DNA of 64,000 bases, taken from the NCBI GenBank assembly GCA_964019335.1, contig OZ025652.1, forward strand, positions 1 to 64,000. The letters are read 5' to 3'. This DNA is from Diplonema japonicum. Taxonomy: Eukaryota; Protista; Euglenozoa: Diplonemea. This document shows, piece by piece, positions 53,141 to 63,644 of the stretch (within the stretch, counting starts at the first letter, position 1; each line of letters opens with the position of its first letter). Made by a program: the position numbers and the translations under genes. The notes beneath the pieces were generated by a model. That model did not search any database. It saw only the letters and a program-made list of their open reading frames with translations, and was not told the origin of the DNA.

Positions 53141-54843
53141 TTAAGGATTAATTTGCATCGAGTTACTCTGGCCTGTCCAACGCACCGCCTTCTCCTTTAA
53201 GTTGTCGCTCGTCGCGCATGGACAGAGCCTGGAGACATCCTCGTGGCTGTCAGAACAGGCTGCCTTCATCCTCGGGTCCATATTAAAGTTTTTGAGACAT
53301 AAATCCTGCTCAGGAATGAAACAGGGTGCTTCTACACCTGGGTAGTCTTTGCGATGCTCTGCAAACTCGCAGCTCGAGCAGGAGAAGACAGTTTTCAGTA
53401 AGCTGCAGTCCGACAGATGGAGAAATATCAGTGCTTCTTCGTCACACCACTGAGTGTCAGTCGTCTTGCAGACATCATCGCAAGACTTCCCTCTTTTCCC
53501 CTTAATCAGCGAGAGCCCTGGTCGCGTCATATTGCGATCGGCTGCCTCCTTTGACAATTGTTTTTTGAAGTACGTGTTGTCCGTGTGGCGCAACATCCAA
53601 TAGTACTTTGATGGGTTGCTGTCTTCCCATGTCTCGCTTGGTGCTTGCTCCTGGTGTATCTTGTCATAGTACCCCCACCACATCCTGTAGGCATTCCCGA
53701 AGCTCAACTCGTCTACCTTCTTCGACGCGATGCTCTCGATGCTGTACCACGGCTTAAACCCTCCTCTAAAGTGCACCATCTTCACTTCACTCATGTCTTC
53801 CCACGGGGCTAAGTGCTTCGAATAGGTATTCGAGATTGTAGTATACCTCACACCGAAGTAGCTACGTAGCATCATCCCATCGCGTGCGTTGAGTGCGTTG
53901 TAGATCCCCTTCTTCTTGTTTGGGAGGCTTTCACTACGGAAGAGCTTGAATAAGTCGTTCGAGACCTTCTTCGAAGGATGCAAGACAAGCATCCCTGTTT
54001 GGAAGTAAGGCCCCTTGTGATGCTTCGGGTTGCTTCCAATTGCGCCTATATACGACTCGTTGTGCAATTTCACTGTCGTGAACAACGCATCGGGACTCTT
54101 GAGCGCCATCATGTCGGCATCCACGAAAACAATGGTTTTGAATTGTGTAAGGCGGAAGATGTACAACTTATCAAACGAGTCGGCCCAGTGGGCTTTTGGG
54201 ACGTGCTTTGCAAGGCCCTCTACCTGAACCACATTCCAGCCTACCTTTCGCAACCTATCTGCAGAGTCGTCGGATACCCCAGGTCTGGACGCCACGCACA
54301 CCAGCTGGCACGAGCCGTCCTGTAATGTGGATAACCACACAAGAGGAGCAGCATACCTGGATCATGGGTGAGATCTTCTTCAGCGACTCACCCATCACGA
54401 GTGCTCCATCCACATAGCTCTCGACTGAAACAACTGTTACGTATGCATACTCTGCATCTCCATCACCCGAGCCAGCTTCACCTTCGCTACCCTTCTCAGA
54501 TTCATTCTGTTCTTCCTTCTCTTCTTCCCTATGCCCATCTTTTTTCTCTTCGACATGGCGGATGTGTTTCAGTGCCTCAATCTGTTGAAATTGCATCACA
54601 TCGCTTCAATAACATACCTCGTTCTGCACGTCATCCATGTCATGCTTCACCCTCTGCAGCCTCGTCCGCACCTCCTCCAGTTTGTCATCATTATCGACAT
54701 CAGCACGCTGCTGCAACCACAACCACAACGTCACCTGGAGAAAAAATGTGTTTAGTTTCCCACCATACCAAGGCAACAAGCGCCCCCCATCCTGCAGAGA
54801 TATGTCCCCTCCTCTTTTCATGCAGCCGTCTTCTGTCATACAT
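53141..54843 (-). CDS. Type II membrane GT8 (glycogenin-like) glycosyltransferase with C-terminal Cys-rich domain
   Basis: ATG at 54843: MYDRRRLHEKRR, then TM GWGALVALVTLWLWL. Introns at 54735-54768, 54582-54617 and 54320-54356. GT8 motifs AYVT...YVDGALVMGESL, FDKLYIFRLTQFKTIVFVDAD (DxD), FQTGMLVLHPS, VHFRGGFKPW. C-terminal GKSCDDVC...SRLCPC. Confidence 0.85.
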
Positions 54844-54924
54844 AATGCCTCATGTCCTGTATGAAATGATGGATGGAACATGTAAAACTATTTCTTGCAG
54901 TACAACTACAGGATGGAAACCCCG

Positions 54925-57900
54925 TCAATTCAAACCTGCTAGGATAAGGTTTGCACGTTCAAAGTCGTTTTTGTCTTTCATAGTCATTGGCGTGACGTAA
55001 AGTGCTTGGTCAATGATGGGTGTAACTCCTAACTTCTTTAGCAGCATAGCACGCGAGCCTTTCCCTTCACTCGCTCTGCGGACCACATGGTTGTTGTTAG
55101 GCGTCGCTAGCAAGAAATCGAGCCCCAGTCTTTTACTGGGCTGCTCCTCCCGAGCTATCTCTTTAGCACGGGCGTGCTTTGCAGTCTTTGTCACCTTTGT
55201 ATCCAGTGTGTTTACAGTCTTGACGCCCGCCTTCCCTCTCAGATAGAATGGCGTGTACAAGTCGACCGTTTCGCAGCACGTCTTGAACGCAGTATAAAAC
55301 GGAGACAAGTGGTCTGTGCCCTTCTCGCGCTGGCACAACTTCCGCTTATCGTCATCGCCCTTTATCCTAAACCTCCGTAGAACATTGAGCTTCTTCATTT
55401 GCATGTACACCGGTTTGGATTTTACATTATTTTGACTTCTTGGGACAAACTCCCACACCGTGCTGCCCTCGATGTTTTTTAAGCCAAGCTCCGTGACAGT
55501 CTCCTGACGAGGGAGCCACCCACACGTCGACCCTGTCAGAATGCCGGACACGGACAGTACTGCATGTACTCCAGTCCACTCTGTGTTCAGGATGTAGTTA
55601 AGTTGAGGCACAACACACGTGGCGCAAAACGACTCCTTCTGCGGAAGGACCTTGCAGATGACAAATGTATTGAACTTTGTCTCATCAGTCAGCGTGTTCT
55701 GGAACCACGCCGAGGACCTTAGATTGCCTTCAGACCGTGCAGGAGACGGCTCGCTAGGCATTCTAGACAGTCGGTACCTGCCTCTCTCTGAGAGCTTGAA
55801 TACTGATTGTGCCGTACTGGTGCTGGGGAAAGGCTGCAGATCAAATGTGTCGTCTGCCATGTACTCATTGCCCTCTAAGTGGTCGATGATCTTCTCCAAA
55901 GGCCACCGTCTGTCAACCTTCACAAGAGTGCCGTCAAGTAATTGGTGCATTACAGAATCCAGCAGAAGTTCTTGAGGAAGTACTTTGTGCCTGTGAGGCA
56001 GGTCGTACACTAGCAATTTGTCAGGAATAGAAGCAACGTTGTCCTCCTCCCAAAAAGCAGTTTTCTTGAATACTAGCCATATCACCAGACCCAGACCCCA
56101 GATGTCGGCACTGCGCGATGGAGATAGTACTTCCCCGTGACTCTTCGCGCTGCCCCACTCCGGTGGACATACCGCCCAAGGCACTGCACCCAAATCTATA
56201 ACATGAGGTATGCTGTCTGGTCCTTTCCCTAACTTCACCGCGGTACTGACATCGACAACTTTCCACGTGCCCTTTACCCTCCCTATCTTGTCAGGTGTGA
56301 GATGGATAATGATGTTGCTACTGTGCAGTGCTGACAGGGCCTGCACTATACTAGTCATGATGCACTGCAGCTCTGTGACGCCATTCTGTCTTTTCGATGT
56401 ATAGCCATCCCTCACGTACTGCACAAGCATTGTGTCGCAGGCTTCAAGAACGTTGCAGTACTGGTCCTCCAGTGTGTCGGGAAGGCACTCAAATATGTCG
56501 ATCACTTCATGCGCATCGCACAGAAGCTTCAGCAGCTGTGCTTCCATGTAGTGTTGCTGTTTGTTAGAAGAGAAACTAAGCGACACTCGAGCACTTGCTG
56601 CGGTGTCGTAGCCTGCTTTCATCTTCTTGCTTACAGGTTCTGTCTTCAGCACAGCGTATTTCCCGTCGAAAACAGAAGTTGCTTCTTTCTGTAGCTGCGC
56701 GTTGTTGTGCTCTTGGTACTGCACTAAAATGTTTCTCATCGAAAGTACCTTGATGCACTTCGCAGATGAGCAAACGAGCTGGCACTTGGTCTCAATGAAT
56801 ACAAGCGATGTCGGCACCATGTAGTCCAGAAATGCAAACCTCATCAGATAAGCAAACCCTGGAAGACTGTAAATGTGCAGCACGCCCATTGCCTCCGCAG
56901 AGATAAATGCCTGCAAAGTGCTGATAAAGACGAATGACGTAATGTTACTCGTGCACTTAATTGCTCTTTTCAGGGACCGGTTCCAGGTGGACCAGATTTC
57001 ACAGTCCTTTTTTGATGCCACGGCGATGAAGGCGCCAGTCGGAGGTGCCGCGGCTAAGGTAATTGTGTCCAGGAAGGACCTCCATGATAACAGCTCATTG
57101 TGGTTTCCGTTCCTGCCGTACGAATACAGCACCACCTTCCCCTTCGCCGTCGTGATCAACAGCAGCAGCAGATCCTCACCATCTTCTGCAAAGCGGTGTG
57201 AAGCAAGGAGGTGTCTGGTCTGCTGTGTGTGTTCTGTTATGCTTGCCATGTGCACAACGCCATCCCCACAATGCAGCTCGTGGTACCACGCGCCATTTAG
57301 AAGTGACACGAATCTGATTTCGCCACCCAACGTGGCTATGGCAAGATCCCTGTCGTGGTTCACCAGCATGGCGCATGACAGGTCGCTATTCGAAAAGCTC
57401 CCATACGTCGCCTGCAGATCACCACACTCTGCATGCCATATGAAAACTCTGTTCTTACTGACGGTAATTATACACTTTTGTGCGCTGCTGTACAAAACCT
57501 GGAACATCGGGGACTCGAATGACGGCAGCTCATCACGATGCGTACGAGTGAAGACGCAGAAGCGCTTCCCTATTGTGACCAGCTGGTTGTCCGCCGAATT
57601 GAAGGTAAACACATTCATAGGACCAATAGGGTAATGACTGTCCAGGCCTCCTATTGATTGCAGCTGAGACAGTGTCCTAGCATCCCATATAATGATCTTA
57701 CCCGATATGTCACCGCTTATTACCTCGTGAGAATCGTGGAAAGTCTGCACCTGCGTCAAGAGCTTCTCATGCCCCCGTAGAACATGTGTCTGCGAAGCGA
57801 TAAAAGGGTTCCAGCACAACACGTTGTGCCCATAGCCGATGCTGAAGAGGGTCCTGCACTTCGAAGAGTAGGCGACCTGCGTCTTGATGCTCTTCTCGTG

Positions 57901-58947
57901 TGCATCCTTCACAGATCGCATTTGGAAAGTCAGGTCCTCGTTTTCATCATCCCACTCGACGTCCCACGTGCCAACCTTTCCATCAGCCGAGCAGGTGATC
58001 AGCTGTCCCAGTTCGTCGAGGAACAACAGGTCGCACACCCATTCAGTGGAGCACTCGACACGCCTTACGTTTACCAGTATGGACCCCACAGTGAAGAACA
58101 AGATGTCACCATCCGTCCCGCCCGTCATCAAAAGCTTCTTAGTGCTATCTACCGCCATGCACATCTGCGGAGTGTGCACCTTTATCTTCTCCGTTGCCAC
58201 CCATTTCTCAAACGAATCACCCCAGCTGTAGATATACCGGTCTGCACAGCACACGAGGACTCTCTGTAGCTCCGGGAAATGATACATGTTAAACACAGCA
58301 GCCGTAGGGCCTTTCAGCTTGTTGATAATCACCGCTTTGTGCGTTGCTGGGTCCAGACTGAAAAGGTATGTGTCACAGTGCCCCGTTAGACAATATGCTG
58401 ACATTGCTGGAAAGTATCGCAGGTGCTCCACCTCTTCCCAGTATAGCCCTACCCCGTGCACCTTCCTCCCTATTGGGCCAAGTTGCTCTTTCTTCGTCAC
58501 AGTCTCCTTCATATCTTTCATAAAAGGGTTGTCGCTGGCACTGCAACGTTGTTTCTCGAAGGTAGCCTCGTGAGGCACGTCAGAGAATATTTGCATCGCC
58601 TTCGGCTTCTGATGCGAAGACATCTCAATGACGAGCGTGGAGATGCCACTCCACCGTATGCTGCCCTCGTTGCTGACATCGATTTGCCTGAATAGCTCCT
58701 TCAGCATTGCACGCTGCATCACACGGTCGCCGCCTATGCTCTTTCTGATACGCATTTCAGCTTCTGGTGACGTCGTCTTGACCGACGATGAAGGTAAACA
58801 AAAGCCAGGGGCTACCTCATTCAACAGCTCTTCAAAGACAGAATACTTCACAGGTTCATGTTGCAGCATCACATTGTGCAGCCGTGAGAGCTGTGCCTTG
58901 CTGAAGCATTGCAGGAATGTGTGCACCAGGTGGTTCCCAACGCTCAT
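54925..58947 (-). CDS. EF-hand-like + WD40-repeat protein with an internal degenerate (pseudo)kinase domain
   Basis: Uninterrupted ORF; first ATG at 58947. EF-hand-like ELFRQIDVSNEGSIRW. WD repeats (LMTGGTDGDILFF, LITCSADGKVGTWD, LRGHE...ISGDISGKIIIWDART). Kinase C-lobe-like LSALHSSNIIIHLTPDKI...WKVVDVS...CPPEW...ADIWGLGLVIW. Confidence 0.85.
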   Translation of the reverse strand: MSVGNHLVHTFLQCFSKAQLSRLHNVMLQHEPVKYSVFEELLNEVAPGFCLPSSSVKTTSPEAEMRIRKSIGGDRVMQRAMLKELFRQIDVSNEGSIRWSGISTLVIEMSSHQKPKAMQIFSDVPHEATFEKQRCSASDNPFMKDMKETVTKKEQLGPIGRKVHGVGLYWEEVEHLRYFPAMSAYCLTGHCDTYLFSLDPATHKAVIINKLKGPTAAVFNMYHFPELQRVLVCCADRYIYSWGDSFEKWVATEKIKVHTPQMCMAVDSTKKLLMTGGTDGDILFFTVGSILVNVRRVECSTEWVCDLLFLDELGQLITCSADGKVGTWDVEWDDENEDLTFQMRSVKDAHEKSIKTQVAYSSKCRTLFSIGYGHNVLCWNPFIASQTHVLRGHEKLLTQVQTFHDSHEVISGDISGKIIIWDARTLSQLQSIGGLDSHYPIGPMNVFTFNSADNQLVTIGKRFCVFTRTHRDELPSFESPMFQVLYSSAQKCIITVSKNRVFIWHAECGDLQATYGSFSNSDLSCAMLVNHDRDLAIATLGGEIRFVSLLNGAWYHELHCGDGVVHMASITEHTQQTRHLLASHRFAEDGEDLLLLLITTAKGKVVLYSYGRNGNHNELLSWRSFLDTITLAAAPPTGAFIAVASKKDCEIWSTWNRSLKRAIKCTSNITSFVFISTLQAFISAEAMGVLHIYSLPGFAYLMRFAFLDYMVPTSLVFIETKCQLVCSSAKCIKVLSMRNILVQYQEHNNAQLQKEATSVFDGKYAVLKTEPVSKKMKAGYDTAASARVSLSFSSNKQQHYMEAQLLKLLCDAHEVIDIFECLPDTLEDQYCNVLEACDTMLVQYVRDGYTSKRQNGVTELQCIMTSIVQALSALHSSNIIIHLTPDKIGRVKGTWKVVDVSTAVKLGKGPDSIPHVIDLGAVPWAVCPPEWGSAKSHGEVLSPSRSADIWGLGLVIWLVFKKTAFWEEDNVASIPDKLLVYDLPHRHKVLPQELLLDSVMHQLLDGTLVKVDRRWPLEKIIDHLEGNEYMADDTFDLQPFPSTSTAQSVFKLSERGRYRLSRMPSEPSPARSEGNLRSSAWFQNTLTDETKFNTFVICKVLPQKESFCATCVVPQLNYILNTEWTGVHAVLSVSGILTGSTCGWLPRQETVTELGLKNIEGSTVWEFVPRSQNNVKSKPVYMQMKKLNVLRRFRIKGDDDKRKLCQREKGTDHLSPFYTAFKTCCETVDLYTPFYLRGKAGVKTVNTLDTKVTKTAKHARAKEIAREEQPSKRLGLDFLLATPNNNHVVRRASEGKGSRAMLLKKLGVTPIIDQALYVTPMTMKDKNDFERANLILAGLN

Positions 58948-59015
58948 GAGGCATCTGTCTGTGCATGCGTCACAAAGAGGATAATAAAGCAAAGGTAACT
59001 CTAACTACAGTAGCC

Positions 59016-59537
59016 TCAAAGCTGAGGGTCTAAATATTCTAATTCTTGCGCGAAGTTTGCGGTTTTGGCGGACAGTCGGAGGCCGTCCGCGTACAACTCT
59101 TCGACTCTGTGTTGTGTGTTATAAAAACAAACGAGGCGGGAATAATACCTATTTGCCAATAACTTACAAAATGCCAGGTCTAGTTTCATAGGTGCAGTGC
59201 TCTCAGTCTTCTCCCGCTGGAGCTGCTCAAGCTGCATCCGGAGGTTCACATTTTCAGACTCAAGTTTTGCCACTTTCGACTCTGCAGTGATGGCTCTTGT
59301 GTTGAGCGACTGAGTGGTGCTGTGTAATTCGGAATATCTGGCCAACAGCTCTTCAAGGTCTTGGATGGCAACCATCTCCTTCTGAACACGGGCCGTGCGG
59401 TCCGACAGCACCATCGTGCGCTGATATAGGTCAGCAACAGATGACAGTGTCGCCAGGTCTTCCCGTCCCTCCTTTCGTCCTGCCTGCTCCTTCTTGAGCA
59501 TATCTTCATATGACCGCTGCAACGCACTCAGCTCCAT
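59016..59537 (-). CDS. Small coiled-coil hypothetical protein
   Basis: ATG at 59537 just after CCGCAG|; heptad-rich sequence (AESKVAKLESENVNLRMQLEQLQRE). Probable in-frame 42-nt intron at 59107-59148. Confidence 0.65.
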   Translation of the reverse strand: MELSALQRSYEDMLKKEQAGRKEGREDLATLSSVADLYQRTMVLSDRTARVQKEMVAIQDLEELLARYSELHSTTQSLNTRAITAESKVAKLESENVNLRMQLEQLQREKTESTAPMKLDLAFCKLLANRYYSRLVCFYNTQHRVEELYADGLRLSAKTANFAQELEYLDPQL

Positions 59538-60493
59538 CACCTGCGGTATGTTTTGGAGAAAAAACACAAATACAGAAATACGATTTATAAATGCCGACCT
59601 AGGGGTGAAGGAATAGAAGAACAGGAAGAAGCGGGACAATAAGGGGGGGGGGGGGGGGGGGGAAGGTGGAGTAGAGAAGAAAAAAAAAGCGTATTCTTTT
59701 TTTTGAATCTCAAACAGAAAGAAAAAAAAAACCCCCCTTCCCCCTTATCGTTTTTTTTTATTTTTGTTTTTTTTTGTTCCCCCCTTTTCTTTCTCAAACC
59801 AATTTTAAAAAAAAAAACCCCGCCTAAGTATACTGTGCCACCGTAGTAGACACGGATGACACCCTTCACCCCCTTTTTATTTTTGTCGTTTATTGTATTT
59901 AACCCCCTGAGGCCTCTGAGGATCGTATTAACTAGCGAGAACAAAGAAAAGTAGCGATACGCTCTGGATGCCGGAGGGAGACACAAAAAGATTACCGGCA
60001 ACCTTTTTTCTCTCTTTGTGAGTAAGGACGAACCCCACCAGATATGCCCCAACGAGAATTTTATTCACCTGCAACCTAGTCTGCCGAACAAGATCTACAC
60101 TTCTCAACACCACACCATGTTGAGACAAAAAAATCCAGCCCAAAAGAAACAAAGCAAAGGAACACAATGGGGGAACGGGTAGCATGTAATGGAGGGAAAG
60201 TGGATTTGGCTAACAGGACAGGGAATGGGGATAAGCGTGGGTGAGAAAACCAACAAAAGAAAAAAAAGGGGGGGGTGGGAAGCAATCATCATAGAAGATG
60301 ATTATTAAAAAAAAAAATCGGACCACAAAAAGAAAACTTATGTACCACTCTATACATGACTGCACCTACAGCCAGAGAAACACCCACACCCTCCTTTTGG
60401 TACATATGTGGTGCCTTAAATCATCGCACAAAGGGGACGGCTCGGGGCACGTGTAGAGAACCATCATTGAATCTTCTGCAAAATAGTTCTAGC

Positions 60494-63400
60494 TCACCTC
60501 CGTCCTGTGGGGGATCGCGGCTTTGTGCTTCGAGGCACGGGGGAAGTGGGCGACTTGGTAGGGGACAACGGTGACCCTTCAGGCGACTTCAGGGCAGTGA
60601 TGAATCCCATCTCTTGTCTGATTTCCTTCAGGGTTTTTGTAATGTCGGCGGTGAACCTATAAGAGAAAACATGACCCTTTATCTCTTTCAGCATACCTAA
60701 ACATCTGTCTGAAGAGGTCTTGGGGGTTCATGGACTGCTCGTCCTCCCCGAAGTAGACAAGCATATCAATCAACCTGTCCTCCGTCTGCTTCCTCCTACG
60801 AAAATTGTAAACTAAATTAAATTGTTGCACATACAATTCACCCAGTTGGGACACTCGCCTCATCGCCTGCTTGTGGAATGGCTCCAGCTCCGTGTGGAAC
60901 CTCCCTCTTGGTATTCTCCTTTCCCCCAAAGTGTCTTTCATAACCTTCAGGTTCTGCACCAGGTCTGCAATGCACGACATGATGTCGTTCATGTTAAGCG
61001 GGATGGACGCTTTAATCACCTCCAGCTGCTCGTGTTTCATGAACTCCTCCATGTCCTGTTGTTGCACACAACGTTTGAGAATGAAGTGCATCAAGCTCTT
61101 CTTCCCGTTCGCCTCTTTCAGCTGTTGCATCTTTACAATACCACCATTCTCTCCCCACACACGGAACCCAATAGCATCAGAATATCTCGCCGCGCCCTAG
61201 CAATGATGGCATCGCGACTGAAGCATACCTCGTTCATTGTGTTCCCAATGGCAAGCGCCATTGCAAGAAAGTGAGCGAGCTTTTTCTCATCAATGATAAT
61301 CTGTGCGGCGTGTTTTGTTCTCTTTCCCTTCTTTGCATACCTTCGCTGCGTTCTTCAAGGTCGTCAGCTCTTTTTCAAGTTGCGCCACATTGCCTTCGAA
61401 ACGCTGCCTCAAAAGCCAGCACTGCAAAAAGGTTACAAGGAGAGACGAGCATACCTGCAACCTCTCAGCAATCATAGGCCTTTCGAAGCACCTAAGAACC
61501 CACTCAAATGGGATCGAAGGAGGGACCCTGTTTCCCTTCTCCAGCTGCTCGTCGGCGAACTTCCTTGCACTGTCCATCTCGGGCTTCGTGGGAACGATGG
61601 AAAGCAGCCCCTCCAAACTGTCAATGTTGAAAATCTTTGAGTCCATGTCCTCAACTGCCTGCATGATGTCCTCAACTTCCATCCGCATGTACGACAGCGT
61701 GATGCCCATGTTCCTTTCTCTGTTCGAGTCAAGATTCGTCATCTGTGCGTGGGTTCTCCACTTTGCAGCATGCATACCAGTCTCATGGGAGCCTCTTCAA
61801 CCTTTTTCTTGTCTTTCAAGGCAGTCTTCTTGTCGAACACAGTTTTGACTTCCTGCACGGGATGTGTTAACCCTGTCGGCATACCTTGACGAGACTCTGG
61901 TCCTTGAGGATGGTTTTCTGCTGGTCAACGAGGTTCTTGCGGTCCCAAATAGTTCCGTTGAAGTTGGTTTTGTTCAATTTGTCCCAGAAGAAAGTCTTTG
62001 TTCCCGTCTGGTCAGCTGCCTTGGCACCTGGCATTCCGGGCAATTTTGGCATTCCCTTTCCTGGTGGCGGTGGGGGAGGGGGAGGGCCCTTGCCCGGCGG
62101 CGGCGGGGCGCCCTTGCCAGGAGGCGGCGGAGGCGGAGCACCCCTACCCGGGGCTGGTGGTGGAGGCGGAGCACCTTTTCCCGGGGCTGGTGGTGGCGGC
62201 GCTGCTTTAGGAACAGGTGGCTTGGGTGCTTCTACTACAGGAGCCGCTGGCGGGGGTGTAGGTGGCGTGTTCTTTTTCCCAGGACTGGGCCTTGGAGGCG
62301 GTTCATCGTCTCCAGTCGCGTAAGCCGCAGGTTGCGATGGTCTTCGCTTGACTCCGAACCAACCCATCTTCAGGGTTTGTTGCTGTGGTGCAGGTGGTGC
62401 CGCGGGCATCGTTCTGTCCTTCTTACCATCGTCCTTACCACCGGCAAGTACTTCCGCTGCAGCCGTTGAGTTGTAGTTCTGACTGAACACTCCTAAACCC
62501 CTCCCGCCCTTCGCCTTATCTTTCTCTCTCAGCTTCAACTCCAACTCAACCTGTTGCAGTGTTTTCTTTTCCTGCTGCTCTCTGAAAATGTCGGTTTCTA
62601 GCTTCTGCTGCTGGATGCTCATGTCCTCAAACAGCCTGTTCTGTTCGTCTAATGCCTTTTCGGCAGCTTGGTTCTGCATCATCAGCAGCACTTTGACCTG
62701 CTGGAGGATATCGTGAAGCCCACCAGTGCCGTCACCGGTTCTGGAATGGTTACTTTTTTGTTAGTTACATACTCCTGTGCCATAGCAATATCGGTCTTCT
62801 CTGCGTCGGGGAACATCTCCCTCAGCATTGGCTTTGAATCCTTGATCGTATTCTTTGCTTGGTGCAGGAGAAGCGCTGCCTTAATCTCATCGCCCTCGGT
62901 CTGTGGTGCGGCGTAAAGAAAGAAACAATATACTATGGGCATACCTGCTTCAACGCGCCTTCTATCACATCCTTTGATCGGTCCTTGAAAATATCCCGTA
63001 GACGGCCAACGGCAGTCTGTAGTTTTTTCTCTTCTTCGATGCCCATGCCAGTGACAGTAAGAGCAAGGACTTTTTTTTTTCGCCTGGAGACTTTAGTGAG
63101 AGCGGATACAGAACAATGAATAAAAACTCGATTAAATAAGAAATCTACGGGAGAATGGCAGTGTTGCAGGCAAATAAAACAAAGGCCACAAACCTTTGAT
63201 CCCGTGGAATCCACGCTCGCTTTTTTCGCGGCAGGTTTTTTGCTCTTCAATTCTCGCTGAGTAACGACATGCTGTAATGCTTGCTCCGCCTGCTCCTCTG
63301 AATCAGTGGTGTTCAGAGCATGATCAACCTCTTTTTCCGTTGCACTTGGGAACTTCTTTACCAAGTTGCGCCGCCTGCCAAACCACTCCCGTGCAGCCAC

Positions 63401-63565
63401 GGGTTTCTTCTCTTCTTTTTGGGCCTCTTGGGAACCATTGAAGAGTAAGTCGGCAGCTGTGACAACATCGCCGTTGGCCTGCTGCACAGCTTGTATTATT
63501 TCCGCTTCCTTCACTTCGGGTAGCATTGAGCTGAGCTCCCGCACTTGCTGCGAGTAGTCGCTCAT
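60494..63565 (-). CDS. Formin (FH1-FH2) with N-terminal CUE/UBA-like repeats
   Basis: N-terminal CUE-like units (LSSMLPEVKEAEIIQAVQQANGDVVTAADLL; LVKKFP; LRDIFKD; LREMFPD), coiled coil, poly-Pro FH1 (APPPPPAPGKG repeats), FH2 motifs FFWDKL, NGTIW, LDSNRERNMGITL, LAIGNTMN. Introns at 62901-62944, 62741-62772, 61853-61884, 61743-61777, 61422-61454, 61301-61340, 61197-61228, 60796-60834 and 60657-60696; one junction near 63084-63193 is unresolved. Confidence 0.88.
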
Positions 63566-63644
63566 TTGTGTAAATCCTTTTTATGTATACACGAGGCACA
63601 GAGCAAAACAGATGACGAACCAAAGTACTAACCGGAAGGAAACC

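Noticed and set aside
59585-60330. ORFs in the long spacer between formin and the coiled-coil gene
   Set aside because: Homopolymer-rich low-complexity sequence, consistent with UTR or intergenic DNA.
60476-60497. Possible extra 22-nt GTGAGC...GCAG intron extending the formin C-terminus
   Set aside because: Shorter than the 32-nt floor of all other introns here, with a non-consensus donor; the TGA at 60494 is the simpler end.
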